64,000 bases of DNA from Lytechinus pictus (taxonomy: Eukaryota): positions 9,798,001 through 9,862,000 of the forward strand of contig NC_087249.1 in NCBI RefSeq assembly GCF_037042905.1, read 5' to 3'. The position numbers were made by a program, and so were the translations under genes. The notes below the pieces were generated by a model that worked only from the letters and a program-made list of their open reading frames with translations, did not search any database and had not been told where the DNA came from. How positions within the stretch are numbered: the stretch's first letter is position 1; every line of letters begins with the position of its first letter. This document shows positions 1 to 12,929 of this stretch, in pieces.

Positions 1-254
1 AATGAGAAAATTTGAATATTTTATATTTCTTATAATAAAATACAAAAGAAATAGTGAGTGAGTGGTGTCATCATTTTCCTTATTTGCATACCGACCGGGA
101 TGTGCATATAACTATTTTGTGAAATTAAGCGAAACTTAAAAATGTCATAACTTTCTTAATTTACATCCGATTTTGATGAAATTTTCAGTGTTAACGCTTG
201 TTTGATTTTTCTCTTTTTATTCAAATCAACTTTTTCTTGTGGTGGACTTGTCCT
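1..254. mobile_element. Kolobok-like MITE family A, partial (left part outside the window)
   Basis: Ends ...GTGGACTTGTCCT followed by TTAA; homologous to the copies at 15568 and 34755. Confidence 0.8.
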
Positions 255-396
255 TTAAACTAGTTTCCAGTAAACTATTTTAAGGATGGTAGTGAGAATG
301 GTGTCTAAGTCTTTTTGAGTTTTGACCAAGATTCATCAGAATTTAATATGTTGCAATGGGACTTTTGTCATTTTGATTGAAAATCTTGATATACCT

Positions 397-571
397 GGGC
401 GCCGTTTCCTAAAGCTGTTAGTAAGTTAAGAGCGACTTTAAGAACCTTTCTGATGCGCTTAACCGTCGCCAATGAACATTTTGGTGTACGATATACCATT
501 TACAAGAAAGGTTCACCAGTCGTTCTTAAAGTCGCTCTTAACTTACGAACAGCTTTATGAAACACCCACCC
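397..571. mobile_element. Short palindromic MITE, family B
   Basis: Long TIR: AAAGCTGTTAGTAAGTTAAGAGCGACTTTAAGAAC / GTTCTTAAAGTCGCTCTTAACTTACGAACAGCTTT. Second copy at 15423. Confidence 0.75.
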
Positions 572-734
572 GTACATGTATCTACATAGGCCTACATATA
601 AAAAAAAACCACAGCCCTAAAAATTCTTTCCATTTCATACATGTAGGACAGACAAATTGTGTTTGTTGCTGTTTGTATCTAATAACAGGTCTTTTTTGGT
701 TGGATTGCATACAGAATAGGGGGTACATGTATTA

Positions 735-1191
735 TAGAGCTGCCAACCAGTACGTTTTTGCAAGCAAAATACAACATATTTTTTCTTTAAAAAACATGAT
801 TTTTATAAATCGTAATTTATTGAGAAAAATCATCTCTACATGTCTCTATTTCATAAAACTTACACAAATATGGTTATTGGATGAATGTAATTTCAGGTAA
901 CTTGTTTTTTTTTTTAAATCATTTTGTTAAAACCAGGGTGAGATACACATGTTTCAATGTTTTTTTTTCATCTGCAAGAGCAGTGCGTATTTTAGCTTGC
1001 ATGCAGCTTGAGCGCCGCGATGAGCGCGCACACTGCGATTGGGACTCTTTTTTTTTATTTCCGAATGTTGGCAGGCCTGCTATCCATACAGCAGTGCACA
1101 TTTTATTATGAAATACAGTTTTTTTGGGGGGAAATACAGTTTTTTTCTATCATAGAGTACAATTTTTCATTCCCAGAGGTTGGCAGGTCTA
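735..1191. mobile_element. MITE, possibly hAT-related
   Basis: TIR TAGAGCTGCCAACC...GGTTGGCAGGTCTA; direct repeat GTATTA at both flanks (729-734 and 1192-1197). Confidence 0.55.
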
Positions 1192-1719
1192 GTATTATCA
1201 ATGTTTCATTCAAGAATGATCATTACAGATTATTCCCAAATTGAAATCAACTCAGAAACAATTCCATATCTTACATAATGATATGTCCAGTATGTATGAA
1301 AAAGTGAATAAAGTCAGATGTTGATTAGAACTAATGTTGATACATTTTCCTGTAATTATCTTGAGATTTGGCTATAACAAGATCTACGTCCCCATAATAT
1401 GGCCTTGCTCATTATAAGTGCATCGTTGTATATCATCAACTGTTGTTTTGAACTAGTGTTGATGTGTACATTAATGTTTGATTGACATCTATTATCTCCT
1501 CTGGCTATATGTACCTGTCATGAGTCCTGTATCAATACTGAGATCTCTATAGCTTCCTGTCATCACAGCCTTTCATTTGGCGATTGCATCGTTAAGCAGT
1601 GTCTTGAGCCAGAGGTGTTGACTTTGTTGTAATGTTACCCTTTGTTACTTTACAAACTATTGTCTCAAACATTAAGTTTTTAGAACTGTTGATGTCTTTA
1701 AGGTTTGAAAATAGAAGTC

Positions 1720-2010
1720 AGGGATGTTATTTTTAGGGGTGTCTGTGGAATTACGATTCTAAAAATAGTATCCAGCCAGTAGCCTTGCTATATTTGGTCG
1801 CATCCTTGGTTGGGCAGGAACAGCCTGATTATGTACAGACGTCATAATGGTGGTGCTTGCCTGGCAACAGGAAGTAGAGCGGAGCAGCGAGAGTGAGAGA
1901 ATGGAGGATAGAGGAAGAGAATGAGAGAGAGGGGGAGAGAGAGAACGTGGAGAGCTGATGCGAGTGTGTGTGAGCATACCATTCTGCCTACTGTCTCTTG
2001 GTGAGCACGT
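1720..2010 (+). promoter_or_regulatory. Candidate mef2 upstream promoter / first non-coding exon region with MEF2 sites
   Basis: TTATTTTTAG 1727-1736, CTAAAAATAG 1759-1768, CArG-like CTATATTTGG 1788-1797, GACGTCA ~1838, ETS-like CAGGAAGT ~1868, then a GA-rich tract and a possible donor ttg|GTGAGC at 2001. Confidence 0.4.
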
Positions 2011-3834
2011 AAAAACCTGTGTGTCTAGTGTACATGCTCGTGCGTCATGTGCTGGTATCGAGTCGTTGCTGCTTTTGCGTGCCTGCTGTAGACTCCGGGT
2101 CCTTGTGAGATGGGTCCAACCAACCTCTAGTCTATAACTGCAGTCATGAAATCCAGACACAAGAGCTCCTTTGATGATTAGTTTTCCTGATAAAATTGTG
2201 CTCTGTCATTTAGAAAATGGCAACCTCTCTATGTCTCTGTGAATCAAAGATAGCAAAAAAACACTTGAGGTCAGTCTGAAAAACTATGATTAAATGATTC
2301 TGCTGCCTTTCAATATGAATAGTAGTATTGCTTATGGCTTTAAGGAAAATTGAAGATAACTCTACATGTTTATTCTTGAGATTAAAAATGACAATCATAT
2401 CACTAATAAAGAAATGAATTGCTAAGATTCATTCATTAGAAATCGTCAACTTGAAATCTTGTTAAGGCATGTACATGAAAGGAAAAGTGAACTATTTCCG
2501 CAGGAAGTGAAACTATATCCCTTTGTTTTAATTGTATGAATTTAGTTCCTTTTATTTTCGGTATGCCTACGCATAATTGGATTCTCAAGTATAGTTAGTG
2601 CTAAATTTATTCCACTCGACCTGTAACTCTGAAAGTTGTAATGAATGGAGCTCTTAAGACTAGTGTATTATAATAAAAAAAGATGGCCATTGGTTGCTTT
2701 GTTTAGATAAGGAAAAGTGATCACAAGGAAATATCAAAAGAGCTTACCTCATATTCACATGAATGCCATGTGATTGAGTTCTAATTTATGATCAGTACTT
2801 AATATACTAATCTTCATTTAGAGGAAGTAAAAAGTCTGGTTGTAATTTTGATTCTGTAGGGACATGAATTATCCAAGTATTAGAAATTATAATTACACAT
2901 TATTCTGTGCTTCCATGAGTTGCGATCAAATGAATGTTTCCTCAAAATGCATTCTTGATTTAGGTATGACAATCTGGGAAAATGTGAGGTATATTATCTG
3001 TTTATTGTCCCGCTTTTAAAATTGAATTACATTGAATATAGATACAGCATAGTATAGGGCTGACTTAAATTGTTTAACCAACATTCAAAGGACAGTGCCC
3101 GAAGAAAAAAGGGATACCATTTTGTAAATCCTTTTTACCATTTGGGCAGAAGTAAAACAAAACAAAACCCAAAACACCTTATTGCCCAATCATTCACCAT
3201 TAATTCAAATTTCATGCCTTTAGGATGTTCCTAAAATGTTATATATTAGACCAATTGAATGCTGCAGTTCATCAATTTGAACTGCAAAGCATTTTCTTTA
3301 ACTATTAATATGTTAATAACTAATATAAGCTTACCTATCCACAGTAGTGATCAGTCAGTTCTATTGAGATAATTCTTTTATCTGATAAGCAAAGGGAATA
3401 TCAACATATATTTAATCATATATGCAAACAGTTAAAGGTAAAAAACTGCCAAAAAATAAACAGTTTAGTGGTTTTTCTATGTTGGTGAATGGGTACTTGT
3501 GTTTACTGACCTCAAGAAGTACGCAATAGTGTGGTTGATTTCTGCATCTCTCCTGACGAGTAATTGATTTTCTTATACATGTACATGTACATGTACACTC
3601 TACATTTGAAGTTTCATTTTGGTACGTACCCCTATTTGCACTTGCAGGTTGCCATTTGTCTATAAAATAATAATAGTGTTTCATAAAGCTGTTCATAAGT
3701 TCTAAATAAAATCTATGCTTGCCTTGTGACTTGTCCTTGTGCTATAATGTGATGTACATGTACCGGTACATTTATATCCCAAGTTTTTCTTGGAACATAT
3801 TTAACAAAATGGCTGTTTACTTCCCATTCCCTAA

Positions 3835-4753
3835 GGACGTTACACAGTTATGTTTGTGCGCATAACGATCTGCGCATACTTTACACTCTGCGCGCTGATG
3901 TCACAATAGATGAACAGGTGATTAATCAGCTGAAGGTATGAGCAGATTTTTCTCATTATCTGCACTCTAACTGCTGATAGGATGTGTTATTTTATGAAGC
4001 TAACACACTGGAATTATTCCATGGACCATTTTTGTAAATACCTCTACAATTTCAAAATACTTTACTCTGCAGTGCTGCAAAGAATGACGAATATGACCCC
4101 GAGTTTGAAAAAATGGTAGTGGTTTAGAATTTTTCCTCACATAGATAAAAAACATTTGGCACGTTTTTTATGTTTTAAAAAGCACATTTGCTGTAATAAA
4201 AGTGCTGATAGTTTGAAAACAAGCACATTAACCCTTTTTTTCAATGTTTGCACCTTTTAGGTATACCTTCCTCTACAACTTTGCAAAGTTTGGTGAAAAT
4301 AACATGGGTTTTGAATAAAGTGCAGCATTTATTGTACTTCTCAATTTTGTTGTTAAAATTTCACATTTTTGAGATTGGGTTTTGTTATCTTTCACACCAT
4401 TTTAAGAACTGACAGTGCTGTTAGAGCAAACAAATAGCAATATAAATAGATTCTCCATCTTAAGGATACAATTATTTAAGTATATTTTGAAATTTGATGA
4501 AATTGTCATGGATTTTTACTGAGTAATAGAGGTTTAAACTATTGTGATCTCGTGAGGTCTAAAAATGCCAAATTCTTTTGAATGCGCAATTTTTAAGAAC
4601 ATCGATTTCTGTGAACTTTGAAGCTCTATAGCAAAAAATCAAGCACATGGACCCATGTTGATTTTTGCATATTTCAAATTTTCATGTGCTAAAGTATCTA
4701 TGTGCAATGTTTGGTGAAAATGACATGGATTTCACTTTAACCGTGGAACGTCC
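3835..4753 (+). mobile_element. Kolobok-like non-autonomous element family F, copy 1 (~920 bp)
   Basis: TIR GGACGTT(A/C)CAC..TTA; flanks CTAA / TTAA; homologous to copies at 57855, 60435 and 63346. Confidence 0.85.
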
Positions 4754-7386
4754 TTAAACTTTGCAGTTGGATGCCTGTTAAAAACAAGAATCTTTAAACA
4801 TGCAAAGATCTGATATAATTTCAGCTATGGGAATCAAAATGATTGATCTGTGATTTTGCAGACAAGATTACATGTACATGTAGGTCATCAGTCATTTGAG
4901 TAACAAAATTAAATGAAATAATTGATAAAATGAAGATGTGATCCAATATTAAACATTCATGGCCAAAAATTTTAATAATGAGAAAAGTTAGGTATCTGTC
5001 TACATACATGTACATTTTGAAGTATTTTTTTTTCTCCCTGTCCATATAAAACCACTTTATTTGCTGCTGCTTAAGCACGCTGTTTATTTCAAATGAAAAA
5101 TTCTGTCCGATGTAAACAAATCACAACTGAAATCGCTTATTACCAGCACTCGAGTCTACCGACATGTATATTATAGAATTCGGTCTGGTACGGTAAATTG
5201 GAATTCAGTCAACTTTATGTTAGGGTAATGGGTACATGTAAGCTAGTTTGGAACTTTATCACTTATGTAGATAGTAAATAGTGGTGTTTATTTTGAGGGG
5301 GGGGGGGTAGTTGTGTACATGCTCATGAAGGTTGGATATCCAAAGCATCTGCTGAACAAGCTTGTCAATGCACCCTGAACAAGATCACCAACAAATAATG
5401 GTTCCTGTGCTTCCTGATACAACATTCCTCGATGCCTGCTTTCTGTTTTTGTTTTTGTTTTTGTTTTTTTCTGTCACAGATTGGAAATGGTTGTACATAG
5501 ACGAATGCAGTACACTGGCCTTCGCTGTAAACTATTAGGACATTTATCACTGCAAGGTTCAAATTATAATAGGAGAAAAATTAATTATACATGTACAGGT
5601 GTATGTAAGTAAATAATTGAAGGTGCCAAAACAATGCTTTAACATGCTGGTATAAATGCTTCTGCACTGTCATTAAGCACTATAAACCCAAATTAGTTTA
5701 TCTCCTGATCCTGTGTTTGGTTTATAACTGTTAGCAGTTAATCCTTTGATATTTACATTTACTGTGGACAGGAATATTTACAGGTGTTGCCATAAAGTTA
5801 GCAGTCAGTTACTGTTTACATTTTGGATGAGTTGCTCTGTATTACACAGTAAAGTCATTTTACCTGTAGAAAATCCCATCCTTTCTGGTGTTTGTTTGTT
5901 TTCCATATTATATTACTAAAATTCTTACATACATGTATAATGTTTAAATGATATCTAAATTTTGGTTCTTTGATTTTTGTTGTTGAAATTTGAACCTTTA
6001 AACGTCTCTGTTTGTCCATACAGTCCCTATTCTTCAACATGACTTGGTGGGAAAGTGTTCTGTACTTATAGTAGCGCTGTTTGAGGGATATATCATATGA
6101 TTTGTACCTCATGGGCCTTTTTCCCATTCAAAACCCTGTCTCAAACCATTACTCAGAAATAAGGACCTGAGTCCAGCAGATATTCAAATTTGATGATAAA
6201 CAGAACACTACTACCCAGAGTATTCAGCCTCTTGTTTCAAAGATAGAGAGAGAAAGAGAGAGGGGAAAGCAACCTGTAGATTAGATTTTCCCTTGCCGCA
6301 AGCAGGAAAACCTGTCTTGCTAATTCATGTCCATGGAGTATTGAGGAGCTGGGCATGTCTTGCCTTTACAGGAAGACAGACTGGCATTGGATTTCCTGCA
6401 CGCCCCCTGCTCTCTCTTCTGCAACACCCTCATCCCCCTGTATTAGAAATGAAGGCAAAACTGTCTTTAGAACACATGTATGTTGCATTCTCATTTTGTA
6501 GAATCGAACCTTTAGTATTGGGTTCTCCGAATGCGTAAAAAAATATTGGGTCAATTTTTAATGAATATACATTTCATGTATCATACAAAATATTAAGACA
6601 TATATGTATAGCCACAACCTATTGAAAGTAGTTCAAAATCAATGCAATGCTTCTCATTTTACAATATAATAGAATATTAGGTTTTTCTTGCATACATGCT
6701 ATATAAAACCATGCATAGTCAATATTTGACATGCTTTATGTTTTGGTTAAAACCTCAAAATACATTTGATATTTTCTTGAAATACAGTAATATGGCAGAG
6801 AGCTATAATGAGCTTGTCATATTATTTACTTCCTTACTGGTACTTGAATACAGTATTCTCTATCTGAGTTTGATGACATTTTCTGCTTTATAGTAGGTTT
6901 TTCTTCAGCATTAATATATATATATTTTAAGAAGAATTTGGCCTTTTGGAAAGATTAGTGGAATTGAACCCCAATATGAAAGTATCCAACGATGCATGAA
7001 ATCTGTAAAGTATTGATAAAAAAAATAGGAACTTTTGAGTCGGGAGGTATGTGCATGTGGGATGCACTGTGTCAGTACAGTTAGAATGCAATCCCTTGGT
7101 ATGTTTGGGAATCAAGTTAATTTGTTATTATATCGATCCATACATTTGAGATGAACTTGATTCCATGCATACAAATGTGGATGTCCTCCTTTCTCTCCAC
7201 GCAGACAGGGCTGAGAGGCTAGTAAGTGTGTTATGGTCAATTAAAAATCAGATGACCTCCCGCAACTCGTATTTCCCCCCTCTTGTCTCCTGTGGCTTTC
7301 AGGCTCCAAAGTCAAAGAGATACAGCGGAGCAAAGCGAAGTCGAGCACTTCCAAGTGATTGGGCTTGAGTAGAGCTGGAAGCTTAA

Positions 7387-7969
7387 AGGAGAATGAAACT
7401 CTTGGAGCAAGTAAGCTTTTGTGAAAGCAGAAAAATCAAAGAATAAGATCAACAAAACTTTGAGTAAAATAGGACGAGCAATAAAAGAGTTATGAGCATT
7501 TGAATGTCGAGATCACTAATGCTATGGAGATCCTCCCATCGGCAATGCGACCAAGATCTGTGATGTCACACACGTACAACTCTCCCATTTGGACACTGAA
7601 AATATACCCCAAAACATATCTTTTTGCTCATTCTAATCATATGACAAACGATTCATCAATGATATAATGTTGTGAAACCTCTGTACTTGTCATCTCATAA
7701 AGAGAACACCTCACCTTGTGATAGACTCTATAAAAGTGAGAATATACGTGAAATAAGTACTAAAGTAATGAGGGAGTTGTACGTGTGTGATATCACAGAT
7801 CTTGGTCGCATTGCCGATGGGAGGATCTACATGGCACTAGTGATCTCAATATTCAAATGCTCATTACTTTCTTATTATTCATTCAATCTTCCTCAAACTT
7901 TCAACAATATGTTTCTTTGATTTTTCTCTTTGATATGGATTCAGCTGGTTTCAAGGGTTTCATTCTCCT
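7387..7969. mobile_element. Kolobok-like MITE family C
   Basis: TTAA|AGGAGAATGAAAC...GTTTCATTCTCCT|TTAA, with long internal inverted repeats. Confidence 0.85.
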
Positions 7970-8420
7970 TTAAAGTTATGTTTCTTATATAAATCAAAGT
8001 GAGTGGGGAGTATAGGCCTACTTCACGGATAGTGGCCGTGCAAAGAATAATTGATCATGCCGCAGCCTTTCCTAGTTTATTTTTCTTGCACGTCTTCTGA
8101 CTTTTGGGGTTTGATCAAAGTAGTCCGTGTACTTGTGTGAAGGCTGGTATGTTTTTGCTTTGAAATCGTTGATGGTATTGGCAAAAACAACATGGAAAGG
8201 AGTGTTAGCAGCCGGTTGATTTTTGCACTCTGCATACAAGGCGTCCACCTTTCATTTGAGGTTTGTTTTGATTTGCTTTATCTACCCGTATTCTCATTCA
8301 AAATAACAAAATGTTTGATTATTACTGTTGTGTCGAATCAAATATCTCTTGCCATTTTATAGTCTATAATTGATGTATTTATTTATATCTGATGCAAGCA
8401 TCTGTTGATTATCCACATCA

Positions 8421-8552
8421 AGGTCTTGTAACACAAAGGATAGCGATTAATCGTACGCTTGAGTTTTACGATTGATTGTACAATGTAGTCAATGGAATCA
8501 ATCGTAGAAAAATGTTCTGCGATCATTGCTAAGCTCTGTGTTTACAGGCCCC
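8421..8552. mobile_element. Short degenerate MITE related to family G
   Basis: Imperfect inverted ends GGTCTTGTAACACAAAG..TAGCGAT / ATTGCTAAGCTCTGTGTTTACAGGCC. Confidence 0.5.
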
Positions 8553-11500
8553 AGATTTTCAGGAAGGATGATTTTCCGCATGATTATCAGTCACTGTCAA
8601 ATGCATTACACATTATGCAGAGGCAGGTGCATTTCTATCATTTTACTCCTCAGTGAATTTCAGAACATAGAATTGATAACCACAGGATTCTAATCTCAAT
8701 CCTCTAGAGATTCAACACAAAAATGGGCAGTAAATCCCAATTATCCAATAATGTCCTTTTCATTCTTAAAGATACTGTTTGCATTTGGGGGATTTATTTC
8801 TACCACTCTATTTTGAAGGCAGACAGGTGAGTGCTGCCTATAATAATTACTTGCAAATATGGAAGTACCAAGTATATCCCATTTCAGCTATACATGTTCA
8901 CCATGTGGACTTGCTTTATAAGCAAACTTTGATAACACTTAAAAGGCATAAATTTGGTTTCCATTCTTGATTCTAGTTTTTCTCTGGGTATATTGTACCA
9001 AAGTGTACATATAATAGACATGGCATGTTTTAAAGTAACGGTATTAAATTGAGGCGAAATTTTGTTTCGCTGTTACAAGCAGTTCAGCTTGGCCTTTGTG
9101 AATCCATTGAAAACGGGTCTATGGTGAGGATAGCCCTTACATTTCGATATCTTTGTGAATACGAAAACTGGCATAAATGCGGTTTTTAAAGTCACACTGG
9201 AGCAAGGCTGATGAGTCACCATGGAAACAAGCAAATTGATAAGGACAGGATGAAACGGCTCAGGAAGATGGCTTGTGTGTGGTTGACCGGATGAGACTGT
9301 GAGGAAGGGGGAAATTTCCTGCCCCCACCATGAAACAATGCAAAGTAAAAGGGATTGGCAGATCGTGGACTCTGACAGGCTGCTGTCTCACTCTGCTGTT
9401 CTGTTGATTTCAGTTTATTGGAGTAGTTCGGATTCGCAGGTGATGCCGTGCCGGCAGTGCTTGCCTAGTTGCTTAAACTTCATTTTTTTATCCTGGGCCC
9501 ATTTCAGGGGGGGGGGGGGAATAATACATGTACATGGGGGCTCTGGCCTGGGCAATATTGCCCCCCCCTTAAATCACAACAAAAAATCAAGCACATGCAT
9601 GTAATATGTGCATTTCATTGATTGAAAACCAGATTGTGTTTGAACTTTGAGTTGCATTTAATCACAAATCTTTCAGGAGCAGGCCCCAGAATTCTCTAAT
9701 TTTCTTTCATGATTAAAATATGTACGTATTATGATATTTGTTGGATGAAAACTCAAAACCCAACCTAATGTACGTTACTGGCACTGGCCAACATTCTTCA
9801 AAATTATGATTTTGATTATATTGTATCATCGCTCATCATGCATTGTACACACATGCATGCTGTTGCATTTGCCTTGATTTCAGGGGTCAAAGTCTCTTTG
9901 CCTGTTTTCAATTTCCTCATGGGCCAAGGGCAATTGATACTATAGAAGTTGAACAATAATTTGACTGTCACACGGTCTGATCACAATGATGATCATGGAA
10001 TATTCCGCATGTACATATCAAACCAGTTAATTCAGCTTACAATATTGAGTGAGTAGCCCCCCTCCCCCCCAGATTTCCACTTTTGTAATGCTTTTATTCC
10101 GAGAGGATCTTCAAATGCTATTTTTAGTAGTTTGAAAAATAGACATGAATGAAGACAATTAATTGAAAAGAGGGTGAATCTGTGTTGGCAGTATAAATGA
10201 TCTTCACCTACTGTCTATCTACATGTTATTCAGATAATTCAGATTTATGAATTCTTTTAATAAGAGGGCGTCTTCCATTATACATCACAAACTATACAAA
10301 GTTGTTTAAAACAGATTTGTGTTTTTATTATTGAATGAACTATGTGAAATTCCTTAAAAACAGCTTGGCAAAAACCTTTTTTTGGGGGTCAATATATTTG
10401 TTACCACTTCTGAGCTGTAGCACCTGAAAAAGAGCTGTACATTTTATTAGCCAGGCACATTTTTGTGCACGAAAAACATGTACCAGTATGTACATGTATA
10501 GTACTGTTTCACAGCTAAATTTGCAAGCACAATTTAACTTGTGACGCCTCTCCTGTAGTATGCAAGCCCAGACCTTTTGTTTTCACAATTTGCATATTGC
10601 ATTAACGCAGAGTCTGAAGTAGTGAGACTACATGTACATGTAGACTCACTCAAGTAAAATGTAGCTGCCTTTACCAAAGACACAGACAGAGAGTTTGGAG
10701 TCTAGTCTTAACTCTCAGACACATTATAATTGGTTAAAGCGTCAAGTTTGAGTCTATGCTTGTAGACTACCTCTCCTGGGTGTAGGCATGAGAAAAAGAA
10801 TATTATGCGATTACTTGCACCAGTTTCTTATTACCGGTACTACTATTTACAATATTAAAGTTTAATTTACAAGTATCTGTTGGAAATCTGCATTATTGGT
10901 AAACATTATACACATTTATAATGGATATTGATATAAATTGTATTGGATTGAGAGGTCTCTGTATTCTTTGAAATTATATTATTTGTGTGTTGGTGTGAGA
11001 AAGTCTGTTGGCACAATTAAATGGAAATCCAATAGAATACAAACTGAAGCTCTGGTTGCTGCATGTGTAGCACTCTGCACAAATCTGCATACATGTATCA
11101 ATGTATACAGTGTATGTGTATATATATAAAGGGGTTGAAGGGGACCCCATGTCTGTGCAGTTGAAAATGTTACATACATGTAGATTAAACATGAATTTCT
11201 ATTATTTTAAATTCCATGAAAATTTTCAGTTGATATTATTTCTTATATTTTTATGACTTACATGTACATGTACATGTAGTATGCAAAAAAATCTAAAAAA
11301 TGTTTGAAATATATGATTTGCTTGAGGGAGAAACCCCCTAAGTCAGTCATTTTCAGATTAAACAGAAAAAAAATGTGCCCCATGTCTGCACACCCATTCA
11401 TTTTGTGATCATTCATAATATGGAAACCCTTTAGATCAGTAAGTGTAAACTCCCACTTGCCATGAGATGTGCACACTCTTGACTGACACCTTTTAGAATC

Positions 11501-12635
11501 AGGATGTGCACACCCCTGGGATGTGCACACCCCTGTCAATTGCCTTTGCCCAACAACTTGAATTCTAGTGGTTGGGTCTATTATTAGCTCCGTAAAAAAG
11601 TAAACATAAAGGTATCGATTCCATGGGAAATGTATATATTCTGAAGTTCCTGGAAAATTCCCTTTTTATAATTCTTATCAATAACCAGGTGGATAAATAG
11701 TTCAGAAAGCAAAAAAAACAAAAAAAAAACAAAAAAACATTACATGTATATGTTTCATAAAACTGGCTGTTAAGTGTTAAAGTTTTGAGTCATGTATGAT
11801 ATGAGATGTCAGTATAGTGTAAGAATTAAAACTATGTGTGTACTTGATGATGTGAATTACTTTTTCAGTCTGCTGATCACCGTATTCCATGTGACTGAGT
11901 GAGTGGTTTTATATGATATCAGTTTAGAAAAATCTAAAGTAGGCCTACAATTTAGCTTGTGCTGACCGATAGTTGACAACTTTTTGAAGAGTTTATTATT
12001 ACTGTTTGAACCTATAAAGATAAGAATTAAACATGGATGCAGCTCTTGGTATCAATTCACCATCGCTGTATTAATTACACCATCAAGTGTTTGCAGAGTT
12101 TATTTTTAGAAGCATTGTTATCTCTGGCATTAAATATTTTATTTGATTTCCCCTAATCTCCATTTGTATTGTTTATTCACTCTATAAATAGATCAAGAGG
12201 TAAAAATTGATTCCTTATTAACCATTAATATTCCTGATAGGATGACGTTTCAAGTACTTTTAGATCAGGTAAAAGTTTCTGTGCAAATTGTTTCTGATAT
12301 GCCTCAATAGTTATTGTTTGTTATCTGCCATGCATGAACGATTTGCTCAGCTGTTGGTTTAAAATTTAGAATGAGATTCCTCTCTTGTATCAAATTTATT
12401 GTAAAAAACATTCTAATAATTGTGAAATCTATCTCTGAAAACAGGTTTCCATTTTTGTGGGACGCACTGTATGTATAACTACCTGTTTTATCCCCCCCCT
12501 TGTCATAACTTTTATAATAGACAATATTGGCTCAAGCAATAAGCTCGATCAAAACTATAGAGACTTCCAAAATATAAAGACATTGCAGGTCCTTTGTCAT
12601 CATTGACAATATGTTGTGTGCGTCAGGATCACTTC

Positions 12636-12929
12636 CGGACGGGCAGATCAAGGATTTTTCAAAGGGGGGGGGGCACATTTTTCCAAGGAAAAATTTGTTT
12701 GACAAGTCAAAAAAAAAAGAAAAAGAAAAGGTTTTTAACAAAAAATTAAGGATATTGCATCCCTGAAAAAAATTAACAAGCAAAAAAAAAAGGTCTTCAC
12801 TTTCAAAAGGGGGGGGGGGCACACTTCTGTTTAACGGTATGTATACATTACAAATTTTAATTTTGCTTCTCAAAAGAGAGGGGGGGGGGCATGGGCCAGC
12901 TGTTCCCCTCCCCCTGGATCCGCCAGTGC
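12636..12929. mobile_element. Interspersed repeat with G/A homopolymer tracts ending CCCCTGGATCCGCCAGTG (probable DNA transposon remnant)
   Basis: Imperfect inverted ends GGGCAGATCAAGG / CCTGGATCCGCC; poly-G and poly-A tracts. Confidence 0.45.

Noticed and set aside
1759..2160. 133-aa minus-strand ORF
   Set aside because: Low complexity derived from the GA-rich tract; no homology recognisable.
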